The notes under the pieces: generated by a model | What the model was told of the DNA's origin: nothing | What the model saw: the letters and a program-made list of their open reading frames with translations, nothing else | The model's database searches: none | Assembly: GCF_000315625.1 (NCBI RefSeq) | Contig: NW_005434624.1 | Span: 182,559-246,558, forward strand | Length of the DNA: 64,000 nucleotides | DNA from: Guillardia theta CCMP2712 | Lineage: Eukaryota; Protista; Cryptophyta | Direction of reading: 5' to 3' | Program-made: the position numbers and the translations under genes | Shown here: one piece after another, positions 37,410-49,444 of the stretch | Numbering within the stretch: the first letter of the stretch is position 1 | Layout: every line of letters begins with the position of its first letter

Positions 37410-37490
37410 CCGGGAGAAGTTGCTGAAACTTGAGCTTACGAAAGCCAACGAGGAGATCAACAGGCAAGTTCGGCAGAGTAACGGAGAATG

Positions 37491-37546
<56 letters not shown>

Positions 37547-38960
37547 TTGACTGGCTGGCATCAGGCTCAAGACGCTGGAGGCGATGGAGGAAGGGAAGCT
37601 GAAGAGCCTGCTGGAAGATTTGAAAGAGCTCGAGGTTGCTCAACCCTCCTAATTCATCCTCCTTCCTCCTCTTCATCTCTCCACCTGTCCCCGTAGTTCT
37701 CCTCCCCTTCCCCATCTCCAGCTTCCCCTTCAGCTTGTGTTTCTCTCCTCCTCTTCCTCCTCCACTGTCGCTCATCATCCATGGCAGGACCGCGATGCGA
37801 GTATGAGGGACACTTTCAACTGTATTCTTGAAGAAGTTTCGATCTTAGAGGTCAGAGACTACAAGAACTTTCACTCCTCCTTCGCTTCTTCTTCCATCCC
37901 CTTCTCCACATCCACTCCTTGTTCTTCTCTTCTTGTTCTTTTTCTTCTTCTTCTCCATCATCATAATCATGTTCTTGTTCTTGTTCTTGTTCTTGTTCTT
38001 GTTCTTGTTCTTGTTCTTGTTCTTGTTCTTGTTCTTGTTCTTGTTCATCATCTCTTCCTTCCTGGCCGTTGCCGCCGCGGCCTCCATCTTTCTCCTGACC
38101 TGATCACAGACTCACGAGGAAGCGCTCCAGCAGCACCTGATGGGCGCGATCGACCAGGTGACAACAGCCCAGCAGCACCGTGAACTCTGACGACCCTGCG
38201 CGAAGATCGAGCAGCTGAATCTAGTCAAGGAGGCGCAGGACCATTCCATCAAACACCTCGAAGGGCAGCTGCAGGATCTGACCATGTTGGACTGCAACAT
38301 ACCTTCCATCCTCCTCCTCCTCGCCCTCGCCGCCTCCGGCCCTCCCTCTGTCACTCACTGCCTCCTCCACCTTCGAGCCTGTTGCTCCTCTCCCCACCCC
38401 TGCTTCAGCTCCAGCACATGTTCCTGCTCCCGCCCCTGCCTCTGCTGCCGCTCCCGCTGAACGATTCTTTCAGGTCTCAGTCCCGGATCGAAGAAGAAGA
38501 AGTGAGAATCTCCCGCTGCTCCCGGCTCAGACTGATTATAACCCGCAGAAGAAAGCGAACATCAAGGAAGAGATTGAGAAAGCTGTCAAGGTCTACAAGG
38601 ACGAGCTCAAGGCTGTGCACAGTGAGCCTCCCCTCCGTCCTTCCTTCCCTCCTCCCTTCGTTCCTTGTTCAACTTTCCTGCCATCCCGCTGACCGCGTCC
38701 TCTTCTTCATCACAGAGCTCGTTGCCAAACTGAAAGACCAATATCGATCTGAGATCGAGGCGCTGAAGAAAAGGTTTCATCCTCCACCTTCTCCTCCACC
38801 CCTTGCATCCAACCCCCCCCCCCCTTCTTGCTTCCTTATATCCTTTCTTGACCTCCCTCCCTTCTCCTCCTCCTCCTCCTCCTCCTCCTCCTCCTCCGCC
38901 TCCTCGCCAGCCCCCAATCTCTGTCCTCACAACATCTGACCATTTCTGTCATCAGAGAGC
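37410..38960 (+). CDS. 3' exons of a coiled-coil protein, with microsatellite-rich introns
   Basis: Short exons EKLLKLELTKANEEINRQ, LKTLEAMEEGKLKSLLEDLKELE, DRDASMRDTFNCILEEVSILE and ELVAKLKDQYRSEIEALKKR. Introns contain (GAGCAG)n at ~37492-37545 and (CTTGTT)n at ~37970-38046. Confidence 0.5.
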
Positions 38961-39071
38961 AGCTCCTTCTCCAGGCACAGGCCCTCGCCTGATGCCTCTG
39001 GTGTACATGAGTCGAGGAAAATGTCTGTAAGGTCTGATGATAAATTCATGTCAAGTGCCCCTGCCCTCCTT

Positions 39072-41065
39072 CTATATGCCCGGGTGTCTCAGACAGTAGA
39101 TCACGTCCTTCCAAATCTTGTAAGTCTTAGTCATGTTCCTCTGCTCCCTCCACGACGGGCCCATGGGGTTCCGCATGGTGTAGTTGCCCTCGCTCAACTT
39201 GTCTTGGTGCCTCCAGAACGAGCGGTACCATCCCCTCCAGTTCCACAAGCCTGCCTCCCCCTCCAGGTCGAAGTCGTTCACAGGCCCTCCCTGGCTCCTC
39301 TCCGCCTGCTCTTCCGTGTACCCCACTTCCATGAGCTCCTGCTTGGTGGGTGCGGGGACACGGAGATACTTACGGGGGGTCATGCCGTACTCTCCCTCTA
39401 GCGTTCCTTCAGCAACGGCCTGATACATCGGTCTGAGATCGGCTTTCTCGATCGAGGGAAGGAAGTATTTTTCCTGTAACAGCGTCAGGGGACGGCAGAG
39501 GAGAACCGGGGGGGGGGCAGAAGGGTGTGTGAGAGGGCTGGGAAGAAGGAGCATCGATCAGTTGCCGGATAGAATATAGGGAGTGGGGTGAGGGATCAAC
39601 ACGGCACGTGAAGGAGACTCACCATGTTATAGTCGCAGAGCCTTACCCTGTCAATGAGAAGATTTCTCCTCTCATGATACAACTTCCAATCCGAGCTGTT
39701 CCGGATGTCACGAAGAAACCAGCTATAGAAGGACAACGTGAGAACATGGTTGCAGTTGATCTCAAGAGCCTTTCTGTACAGCACCTCCGCCTCATCGTAG
39801 TTTCCTCTGAACGCCTCCTGCAGCTTCCCATAGAAGCAGATGGTCTTTGGGTCCGAAGGCGTCAGCTCCAGCACTCGCTTGAAGTACTTTTCTGCCTCAT
39901 CCACATGCTCAGGGATTGAGGCGTAACGGTCTTTCCTCGACCACGGCCCATCTATCGGCCGGAGCCCCTTAATCCACAGCGTGAGCATGGCGGCGAGCCG
40001 CAGGAGCAGGATATCGTTTGGGTCCTGCCGCAAGCCCTCCTCCACACCGTTGAAGATGTCGTCAATATCCTCGGGGTCGAAGATTGGGTACCCGCCAGGG
40101 GGCGGTGGGTTGGCGGTGACTTCAAGAACCGTCTGGTTCTGCCTCGCCAGCTCCTCAAGCACTTGATCGTCGCCCGTGCGAATGCCCCAGCGCTCGCAGA
40201 GCTTACGCATGTGGTTGACGTACTTGGAAATAACCCTCTCCGCAGAGCCGCCGTACAATCTCTCCTCGTAATCGCGCAGCCGCTCGTAGGTCAGCTCGTG
40301 GCCTAAGATCGACATCTGCTGCACCCCTGCTTTCAAGGCAGCATCCATGGGGTTCACCTTCATCGCGTACTCGTAAACCTCGACAAGAAAAGCGTCGGTG
40401 ACAGTCTCAAAAGGCGATCATCGCACTCTTACCTCCTCTGCTGTAGGGACGGTCGAAGCGTACGCAGCATACCTGTGGATGGTCGGGTTCTTCACAACCC
40501 TCAAGACGCTGAACTTGTCATCCTGCTACCAACATACACCAAAGTAAGGCGCACGACTGGAAACAGAATGGATCTTCTGAAGTACCGATCCTGCGCACCC
40601 AATTGAATGCACAACCAACACCATCATCGTGAAGACATGTCTGATGGCCAGGTCAGAGCTGTTGAACTAATGCCTCGAGTATGTTGTGTATACCTGTTCC
40701 GAAATCTCCCTTCAGGGAGGTCCCTCATCACAGTTGACACTGAGCAGACAGTATCTCAACCCTCCCGGTACCAACTGGAATGCCCTCGCTCGATCTTGGC
40801 ACTCCAAAGTCGCTCGTCCACGTGGCCACAGAACGGATTTCAGCTGACGCCGCTCTTGCAGCTCTGTCTCTGGCATGATCTCCCACTCGTTCGCTCCAAG
40901 GTGACTGGGCATACCCCTGCTTGCTCGCCTCCTACCCCCATTGCGCCCTTTGCAGCGTGACCAGTCCTCATCCCCCCTCGTACACCTTGTCGCTGTCTCA
41001 TCGCCCTCATCCCCATCACAATCCAATAGCCCTGAATAGCTCTGAGTTTCAAGGGGGTGGTCCAT
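39072..41065 (-). CDS. TPR-repeat protein, multi-exon
   Basis: EAEKYFKRVLELTPSDPKTICFYG and YDEAEVLYRKALEINCNHVLTLSFYSWFL are TPR-like helix pairs. Confidence 0.7.
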
Positions 41066-41445
41066 GGTAGGGACAAAAGAAAGTGGGAGAAGTAGGGGGT
41101 GGGTGTGATTCTGTGAGGTGTGATGAGGACTGTCTCAGGGATAAGCTGATGACTATGGTGAAATCAATTAGTATCATAATTATGAAATATGTAATAGGAT
41201 GAGGGAGACAAAATTCTCACTTGAAGAATGAGGTGTGAAGATAGGATCCGATAATGGGGTGCTTTTCAAACGGGTAGGGTAGTAAACGGAGGTTTGCTTC
41301 AGGAATGGACAGGTGGAACAAAAATTCCAGGGTGGTGTAGTTACAAGGAGGGGTACTTACGCATGATATATGGGGTAGGGGTGTGTGAAAAGTTGGATGA
41401 GAGCGGGGGTAGGCAATCCCAATTCGCGGCGGAGGGTATGATTTA
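41050..41445. other. GGGGT/GGGTA-rich tract upstream of the TPR gene
   Basis: Same word bias as the other tracts. Confidence 0.45.
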
Positions 41446-41895
41446 AACATAGTTCATAATTTATATTGAAGTTATATGTATATCACTTTCAAAAGATCAA
41501 TATTTTCATCACGTGTTAAATTTTTAAGTGATGGAAGAGCTCTCGACGGAATAAAAGCATTGGCCCCCCCTCCCCAAACTCGTTTCCTACCAATCGCTAT
41601 GGTTTCGAAGTTGGTGCAGGGGCTTGTTGGTAAGACAATGCAGAGTTTGGCCCTGCCGCTTCAAGTTCAGGCCTATTGATCGTCGTTGTATCTTGAGACC
41701 AATCTTTGAAAGACACAAGCAAGAAAAGTGTTCACTTTGCAGGTTTGCTTGCAAACGTTTCAAATCGCCTGCAACTAGTTCACAGACAAATAGCTACCAT
41801 CGTGGTTGATTGTCACCAGAGATCAACGTTGTAAGAACTCGTCTCTGCCTGCAATCTGGTATCCTGGAGGCAAATATTCACTTTTTTCCCGCCAA

Positions 41896-42480
41896 ATGTC
41901 AAGCAAGGAAGGTAGCGAGATCTCCTCACCAGATGACGACACACTGAGGGACGAGAGGCAGCGTGGAAGTGAACCCAATGAAGATAATTGCCAAGGGCAA
42001 GACAACAGCGAGAACTTCCATTTGGGTTTTCCGAACCGGAAACTTGACGAATCTGCTGGTTGGAAGAGGAAGCATGATGCTGTCGATGACTCAGGCTCAG
42101 TTCACAAAATGTGTGAAACTGCTGCACGTCGACAGCCACCGTTAGGAGTTGTGCGGCAGCTATGTAGAGAAGCGGCAGAAAGGCGATTTCAGGATTCACT
42201 GTCTGGGAGGTCTTTTCTGCTGGATCCTTTGACCAGTATGGAAAAGCAATTTGACGTGCCACCTGCGTGATTTTCCTCGACAGTTGTCCTGTATTTTTGC
42301 AAGATTTTTCCTGTACCTTTTGCAGACGATTGACTCTCTACTTGTCTGGGCTCGTGCAAGATGAAGTCTTGTATGAATTTTGCTCGTGGTTCCCACTTCT
42401 TTTGATTCGAGAGATAAATCAGCAACTTCCGTGACCACTTGATTCCGAACCACAAGGCCCATTCAAACCCTTATTGAACA
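41896..42480 (+). CDS. Small hypothetical protein
   Basis: ORF MSSKEGSEISSPDDD...MEKQFD followed by candidate introns. No family recognised. Confidence 0.35.
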
Positions 42481-42774
42481 TGAGTCTCAGCAAATTCCCT
42501 AAAACTGTTGCAGAGTTTGTGTTATGTCGAACACATCTCTCAAATTTTTTTTTTGCGCTATTTCTGACCAGAAGTTTTTTATTATCGAAATGATACCTTC
42601 GTGATCGATGATCAGGTTAATTACTTCACTGTTGTATCGAGTTGGAGTGCTGTGACGCCTCTTTCTCCGCGCTGTAATCCATCACTGTAATCCATCAGGA
42701 TCGTCATCGGTCGCTGGATTTAGTCTTGATCATCACATGATTACACAGCCTGTCGCGAAGTGGCGATAGCAACA

Positions 42775-43163
42775 GTGACAATTGCCGGTGGGGTACCGTC
42801 GTTTGAGCCACTGGCTTGCCAGTGCCCGGTGCCCCGAGTGACGCCACTGGGCCGCAGCTGCTCTGCCGGGCGCGCCGCTTGAAGGCTTCACATTCCGGAG
42901 GCCGGGCCCGGCCGGGCGCGAACGGCGCCGTGAAGTGGCCCGGCCCATCGGATGACAGCCTCGGAGCCTGAGTAAAGACACTGAGTCAGTCCACAGGCTG
43001 AGCCTGCGGCACGGCGGCGTCCGATCGAACCGTCCCACACTGAGTGGCCGGCCCGGCCCGGGCCGCCGACCGTAGTTCCGAAGTTCTGCTAAACGTCTCC
43101 CACCCACCCCTGGGCGCCCGTCAAAAGTCTTTACTCAAAGTTAAGTTAAAAATCAGTACGAGG
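42775..43163. repeat. GC-rich island F ending in the conserved core (43129-43163)
   Basis: CTTTACTCAAAGTTAAGTTAAAAATCAGTACGAGG is identical to 59678-59712. Inverted partial core TGAGTAAAGAC at 42969-42979. Confidence 0.85.
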
Positions 43164-43219
43164 ATAAGCCACTGCCATGACTTCCCATGAAATTTTTGGC
43201 TCGAAATTTCAAATTTGGG

Positions 43220-44490
43220 ATGATGCACCCCACTCATTGGCAACACGTTACGACCCCTCACCCTTATTACCCTGTGCCATGCTCCACCACCCTACCGTCC
43301 TTCATCACCCCACCCACCCTTTTTGAGTTGTTTGTTTACTAGCACCTTCTTTGAATCATTAGTAAACAATGCTTTTACCTACCCTACCCTGTCCTGGACT
43401 TGTCTACCACCCACCAAGTCCCCCAACATCTTACGTAATCTCTTGACTACTTCGTCAACTACCCCTTATGTTCTGCTCCGCCATGGAACCGAAGGGTGGG
43501 TACTACGCTTTTTAGACACAGGGGCGTCGTAATGGATCCACCCCCTAATTCTAGCAAATGTACCGGTGGGCCTCCCATCCCTAGCCAAAAAAAAAAGAGA
43601 ATCCCCTGTACCACCCTACCACTATGAGTGTAGAACCAGCTAGATAGGAGGGGTATTGAATTACCCTATGTGGGGTTCGGGGGACACACCACCCAATGCA
43701 GGCAGCGGGGTGGGAAAGAATTCTAGAGGCATCCTATTATGAGGTCCTGCCTAGATATTGGTGGGTAGGGGTGTTTTGCAAGAGGATAACTAATACTCAA
43801 GATGGGGTGGGGTACAAGCAAGGGAAAGATCTTTTCAAGCAGGGGTTATTCGATCGAGGAAACCTCAGGGAGTCAGGGGTAGGGTAGGTAGTCGACTTAA
43901 AATTGGGTTATGGCATATAAAGGTTGTAGTGAGGGGTGGGGTGCCGAAGGGTCTTATCTGTCTAGCTTGTACAAGTCGTAAGCTTGTGGGGTCCTAGGAA
44001 CTCTATGAAATGGGGGGTGAAGATAGAAGAATTTTGGTACTGCTGCTAGGACCACTGCAATACGAAACCCTCCAGGCTGTGCCCTCCCACCCCCGTCCCA
44101 GATTTGGGGATAATGAGGAAGTTGGGGGTGGGGTACAGTCAAATTTAAACTTAGAACTTTCGAATTAAACAGAAAGTTTCCAAATATTCAACATGAAGAT
44201 TGAAATTAAGACTCTCAAATACCTGCACCCACATCATCTACCACTGCTTTGAGGGTGGTAGATTTGTGGGGGACGAAAATCGGGGCTAGGGTGGTCAGTA
44301 GCCCCCAGGACAAGGGTCATCGGTTGCATTTGGGCTACAGGGGTACCCACAAACCTCCAGACTTTTTGCAAGGTAGAAGAATTCCCAGTGGGGTAGGTGC
44401 ACCTGGAATTCAATCCTAGGGTGGGGTCCTTGACAGATTTGAAAAGTGAGAGGGTGGGGTAGTGAAGAAAGGGTAGTAGGGGTAGGTGTT
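43220..44490. other. Long ACCCC/GGGGT tract with strand-polarity switch
   Basis: C-rich words on + to ~43620, predominantly G-rich afterwards. Confidence 0.6.
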
Positions 44491-45313
44491 ATTCTGACGG
44501 ATCGATCCGGCCTCTGAGAGGAGCATGGCGGGTCAAGGGCGAGCAGGCATGAGAAGCGAGAGGAAGGAAGATGCGCTTGTTGAGAGCTCTGGATGGAAGC
44601 AGACGCTTGTTCATGGCAATCTACTAACATGGATAGGAAGGAAGTGAGGAGGAGGAGATGTGGACAGATGCTGGAATGGAGGAACTTAAATGTTTTGTTG
44701 GGACGATTGGTCGAGATGACCGCTTTCAATGTCCTGTTCTCGGTGGCCAGCCATGGGCATTACATGAGTCTTGGACGAAGCTATGGCTGAAAACCTGAGA
44801 TAGTGACATCGAGCTTGTGACCTTGTCCGATCAAGCACCGAGGGCGGAAAAACAGTGTTTAGCAGAAGGCACATGGTTGTCTTGAGAGTATGGGATGATT
44901 TCTTAGAATCAAACATCGAAGATCAGCAGATATGTCGGCACGCCATGAATTTATTGAATGTTTCTGTTTCGTAGAGAAGGGGGACATTCAGGTTGTCATT
45001 ATAATAGTGAGTTTGTAGTCGATTCATGAGATGCATAAGACTACTCATACGAACAGGTTTGAAGCTTTAACAAGTAAGGGGAGAGAGTCCAAACATCCAT
45101 GTGTATATGTCAGGTGATGCCAATTTGTTTTCAATGAAATGCTAGTGCAACAAATGTTCATCGAGGGGTTATGCATACAACAGAGAAAAGGGGCACTGCA
45201 ATGAGTATATTGGGCAGCGCGATCGTAGCATTTGTTAACAGGAGACCATCTGGTTGAACATATACTCACTAAGACAATCTCACAAAAATTGAGTGTTCTG
45301 ACGACCTGTGCAG

Positions 45314-46870
45314 ATGATGAAGCGAGTTGTCGTCTTGCAGGGCCTTTTGGCTATTACGGCAACGGTTTCAGCGTTTGCTCCGTATTCCGCCTTGCCCAAA
45401 CCTCTTTCTCCTGCGCTCCATGCTCGTTCGCTCCGATCTTCAAACACTGTGAGGCTTGCTGGATTGAAAATGAGTGAGAATGGAGAGGGCAAGAGGGGAT
45501 CTCTCTTGGGCAAAGCAGCTGCTTTCACTGCTGCTGCTACCATTGCCTTCTCTGGTGGAGCGATGGCTTCCTTCAAGGGCAATGATGCTTTGTCCAAGAA
45601 CGGCGACAACTCCGAGCTCGTCGCCTACTCTGCTGGTTGACCTCGCAGATTCGTGGTGTTGTTATGTTGAATCTTTGGCACAGACTCGTCCAGCGGCAAG
45701 AAGAAGTCCAACCCTTTGAGGTCCTTCCTTAAGGGAGGTTCGAATGTACTTGAATGGTCAACACCATTTCTTTAACTCGTCGGCTGTCAGGAATATCTGC
45801 TACTATCTCCAAGACTGCGGTTGCACCCATTGAGCGCATCAAGCTCCTCCTCCAGGTTTAAGATCAGATCGGGTGACAACAAGCGACTGACTGCATGAGG
45901 CAGGTGCAAGCTACTTCCACTCAGATCACCGATCCCTACAAGGGCATCGTAGATTGTGCCGTCCGTGTGTACAAGGAGCAGGGAGCTCTCGCATTCTGGA
46001 GAGGTGAGCAAAACTGGAATATCAACTGGCTTGTTGAATGCCAATCCAGGAAACACTGCCAACATCCTCAGATACTTCCCTACCCAGGCTCTCAACTTTG
46101 CTTTCAAGGACAAGTACAAGGAGATGTTCTGCAGGCCTGCTGAGGAGGTCTGTGCACACATGCAGTCGATTTGTTGTTTGACATGTTCTTCACAGGTCGG
46201 ATTCTGGTTGTTCTTCCTTGGAAACTTGGCTGCTGGTGGAGCTGCTGGTGCTACTTCCCTCCTCTTCGTCTATCCTCTGGACTTCGCTCGTACCCGCCTC
46301 GGCGCTGACGTTGGCAAGTCCAAGGAGGACAGGCAGTTCAACGGCCTTTTCGACTGCATTGCCAAGATCTACAAGTCTGATGGCATCGGTGGATTGTACC
46401 AGGGATTTGCTGCTTCCATCCTGGGAATCATCGTGTACCGTGCTGCATTCTTCGGTGGGTTTGATACTCTCAAGGCTGTCCTGATGAAGGTTGGATTCGG
46501 CGCTGTTGTCTGGCAGGTCAAGTTCTTTGTGGGTTTGCATGGTGACACAACTGACTGTTTATCTAGGCGTTCCTCGTTGCCGAGTTCACTACTGCTGTTG
46601 CTGGAATCATCTCTTACCCCTTCGATACCGTTCGTCGCCGCCTTATGATGAAGTCTGGCGGAGGCTCTACCATCCAGTACAAGGGAACCATCGACTGCGC
46701 TGTGCAGATCGTCAAGCAGGAGGGAGTCGGCGGGTTGTTCAAGGGCTCTCTTTCCAACGTCTTCCGTGGGACTGGAGCTGCTTTGGTGAGAGAAAAGTTC
46801 TGCTGTCAAGTCTGTTGCTAACCCCTGCCAGGTGCTCGTCCTCTATGACTGGCTCTCCAAGTTCATCTAA
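45314..46870 (+). CDS. AAC: ADP/ATP carrier (mitochondrial carrier family, AAC/ANT type) with ER signal + SAFAP transit presequence
   Basis: Spliced [63 protein letters not shown] and [12 protein letters not shown] (AAC signature). N-terminus [22 protein letters not shown]. Confidence 0.92.
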
Positions 46871-47127
46871 GAGGATATAGCTGACTTGCTAACATGAGGA
46901 TTCAATAAAGGCTGATAGCAAGACCTCCCAGACAAACATGCAATGATAGGTTTATTCACTCAAGAAGGAATAGATACTTCGAGCTTGCGGAATAATCTTG
47001 CATAGACAACGAGGTACACTTCAAATTTCCCTCGCGATCAGTGGAGGACAGAGATGTCCTGACGATTCAAATCTCCTCAAGGCAATCCTCACTTCTTAAC
47101 TGCTGCAATTTCGTGTCACAAACAACA

Positions 47128-48841
47128 TCAAGGACTGCTCAGATAGACACCTGAGGCTACGCATTGCTTAGCCTCGGCCTCCCCGGCAACCTGTTCCATC
47201 GCGTCAGTTCCAGATTCAACCTCCTTCAACTCCTTACAGGGATTCCGAAAAATCGCTTGATAGAGTCGTAGATGAGGAATTGGGCAACAATGTAGGATGT
47301 GACGTGTACACATCGAGCTCCAGCTCCAAGGTAAAGCCCTCGGGGTCCCAACTGTGCAGAAGGAACAAGAAAACATCATCCAGGGACAGATAAGCAGTGT
47401 CCTCTGTCACCTGCTTGATGGCTCCCAGAACGGTGGTTCCAGGCGCTTTGTTCATAACAGACAACACAGTGTCTCCCGGCTACCAGCCCGTGAGACGCAT
47501 ACGCCGTAATCGAAAGCAAAGAGCGGAACCTGTGAAACCAGCGACGCCGTGATTCCTGAAATGAGCCCACATCCCAAAGTCACAGCCGTTCCCACAGTAG
47601 AAGATGCATCCTAAAAAAAAATCAGAAAGAAACTTAGGAGGATAGAACCATACCTTGATGTCAGCCTTGGCAAGCGCAGAATAAACTGCTTTGGCAGCAA
47701 ACTCGTACACCAAGAATTGAGTGATGGTGAAGGGAACTTGCTTGCATTGAATCGGCAAGTACCCACCATAGATTCCACCCAACCCCTTTAGGTCTCTTAC
47801 AAAAAGCTCACAACCCAACAGAAGCTACCTGGGTCTTAACTAGCTTTGCCAGAACTCCAAACATGTTGTTGGCGAACTTGGGATCAGCCACCTTTTGTGC
47901 AAGTCAAGGAAAACGACCCTCCATCAAGGTTTTGGCACCATTCTGATTCGCGCAGATTCGAATGGAAGCAATGCGGTGGTTCCAAGAATCTATACTCCAT
48001 GAGCGGCGTCTCCAAGGACATATACTCTGAAGATACCTCAGCTGCAGACGCTGCAATGATCATTTGGGGGATGGGAAGCTTGCCGCCCTCCTTGAACAAA
48101 GGCGTCAGAAACCTGAGATGACCAGGGGATCAAGCTCACTCCACGCTTCTCGGGAGGCAAACTCTGGGCTAGACTGTCCTTGAAGAACTCATAAAATCCA
48201 TATCTGAAGTTATCACCGTCAAGGTCATGGAAAACGCTGCAAGAAGAGAACTGACTTCAATGCTCCTTGCATCAAAAATCCACAGAACGTCGGAGTCATA
48301 CCCTGCATCAGTCCTCGTGTGCCTTCTTTCTAGAGGAGGAGCCTCAAGTCAGACGCAGGATGAGCTGAGTCACCCTCCTATCAAACCTCATAGATCTTGC
48401 GGATGCCTTCGTTGAGAGAGGAGAACTCCCCAGGATTCACCTGGATGAGAGGTCATGACGTGGACCCTCGTCCTCCTGCAGCACCTGCAGCCTCGTCTTG
48501 ACGACATCAAGTGGGACCGTCACCAAGTGCGTGAGGGATGCGCAGAAGCCTCCGGCAGCAAACAGCTTCGGATACTTCTCAAAGTCCATCTTGGAGGCGA
48601 CAGCCTTGGCCACCGCCGCCTTTGCCATGTGGAATCTTTCTCCCAGGTTTGCCTTATTCAATTGCTGAGGAAAATTCAAGATGCTATTGGCGTCTTGAGA
48701 TCGTGATTTCAATCCGAGGAAGCCCGCATCGGGGTTCCCCAGCGGGAAGGACATGGTACCCGCGCAGTAGGCATATTGCGCGAAGAACAGGGCGGCGGAG
48801 ATGATCCTCAACGAGAGATGCGAGAAAGCACGCATCCTCAT
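47128..48841 (-). CDS. Phosphate carrier (mitochondrial carrier family, PiC/Mir1/SLC25A3 type) with N-terminal signal-peptide-like extension
   Basis: AGGFCASLTHLVTVPLDVVKTRLQ, YGFYEFFK, LPFESARIRMV, KQVPFTITQFLVYE, PGDTVLS and QFLIYDSIKRFFGIP are phosphate-carrier motifs. Confidence 0.85.
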
Positions 48842-49444
48842 AAGATATCAATGAAGTGTGTCAGATAATCTGTTGTGCTTCTCCAGTGAATCTGACGGGC
48901 TACTTCCTGCATTCGAGATCAGCGCCTTGCTGCACATGAAATGTCGAAGTAACTCTCTAGGAGGTGAAAGTTGCAGATGAAAAATGATGTACACGATCAC
49001 GACAAACTGCGGAACATGGAAAGTCGATCATCACTGAGACCAAGTTGATGAACATTCGCACGCAATGGTGGATCACACCCCGACTCTACAAAGCACTGAC
49101 GGGTTGCAAATACATCAAAAAGATAGATTCAGAGTTTAGTTGAGAATATTGCTTTCATAGCAATACATGATGAAGGAAACATATATGATGCAAAAATTGA
49201 TGCAAAAACGCTTCTAGCTGCACATGCTCTCGGGTCACGTGAACACTTAAAACCAAATGCTTGAATGCTACTTGCACGAATGGAAACTTGTCAAGGCATG
49301 TAAAGAAGAGGAGGACAATGCTGAGACACATCATAAGCTTTCAGGCCCTGAAACATCTCTGCAAGTGTACATGCTCCAGCCTCCCCGAAGCCTCTCAGGA
49401 CATGCAGGGGCGTAGCTTGAGCGGGAGCGGCATGAGCGGAGGCG

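Noticed and set aside
36488-37426. ORFs spanning the N run
   Set aside because: Artefacts of untranslatable N codons.
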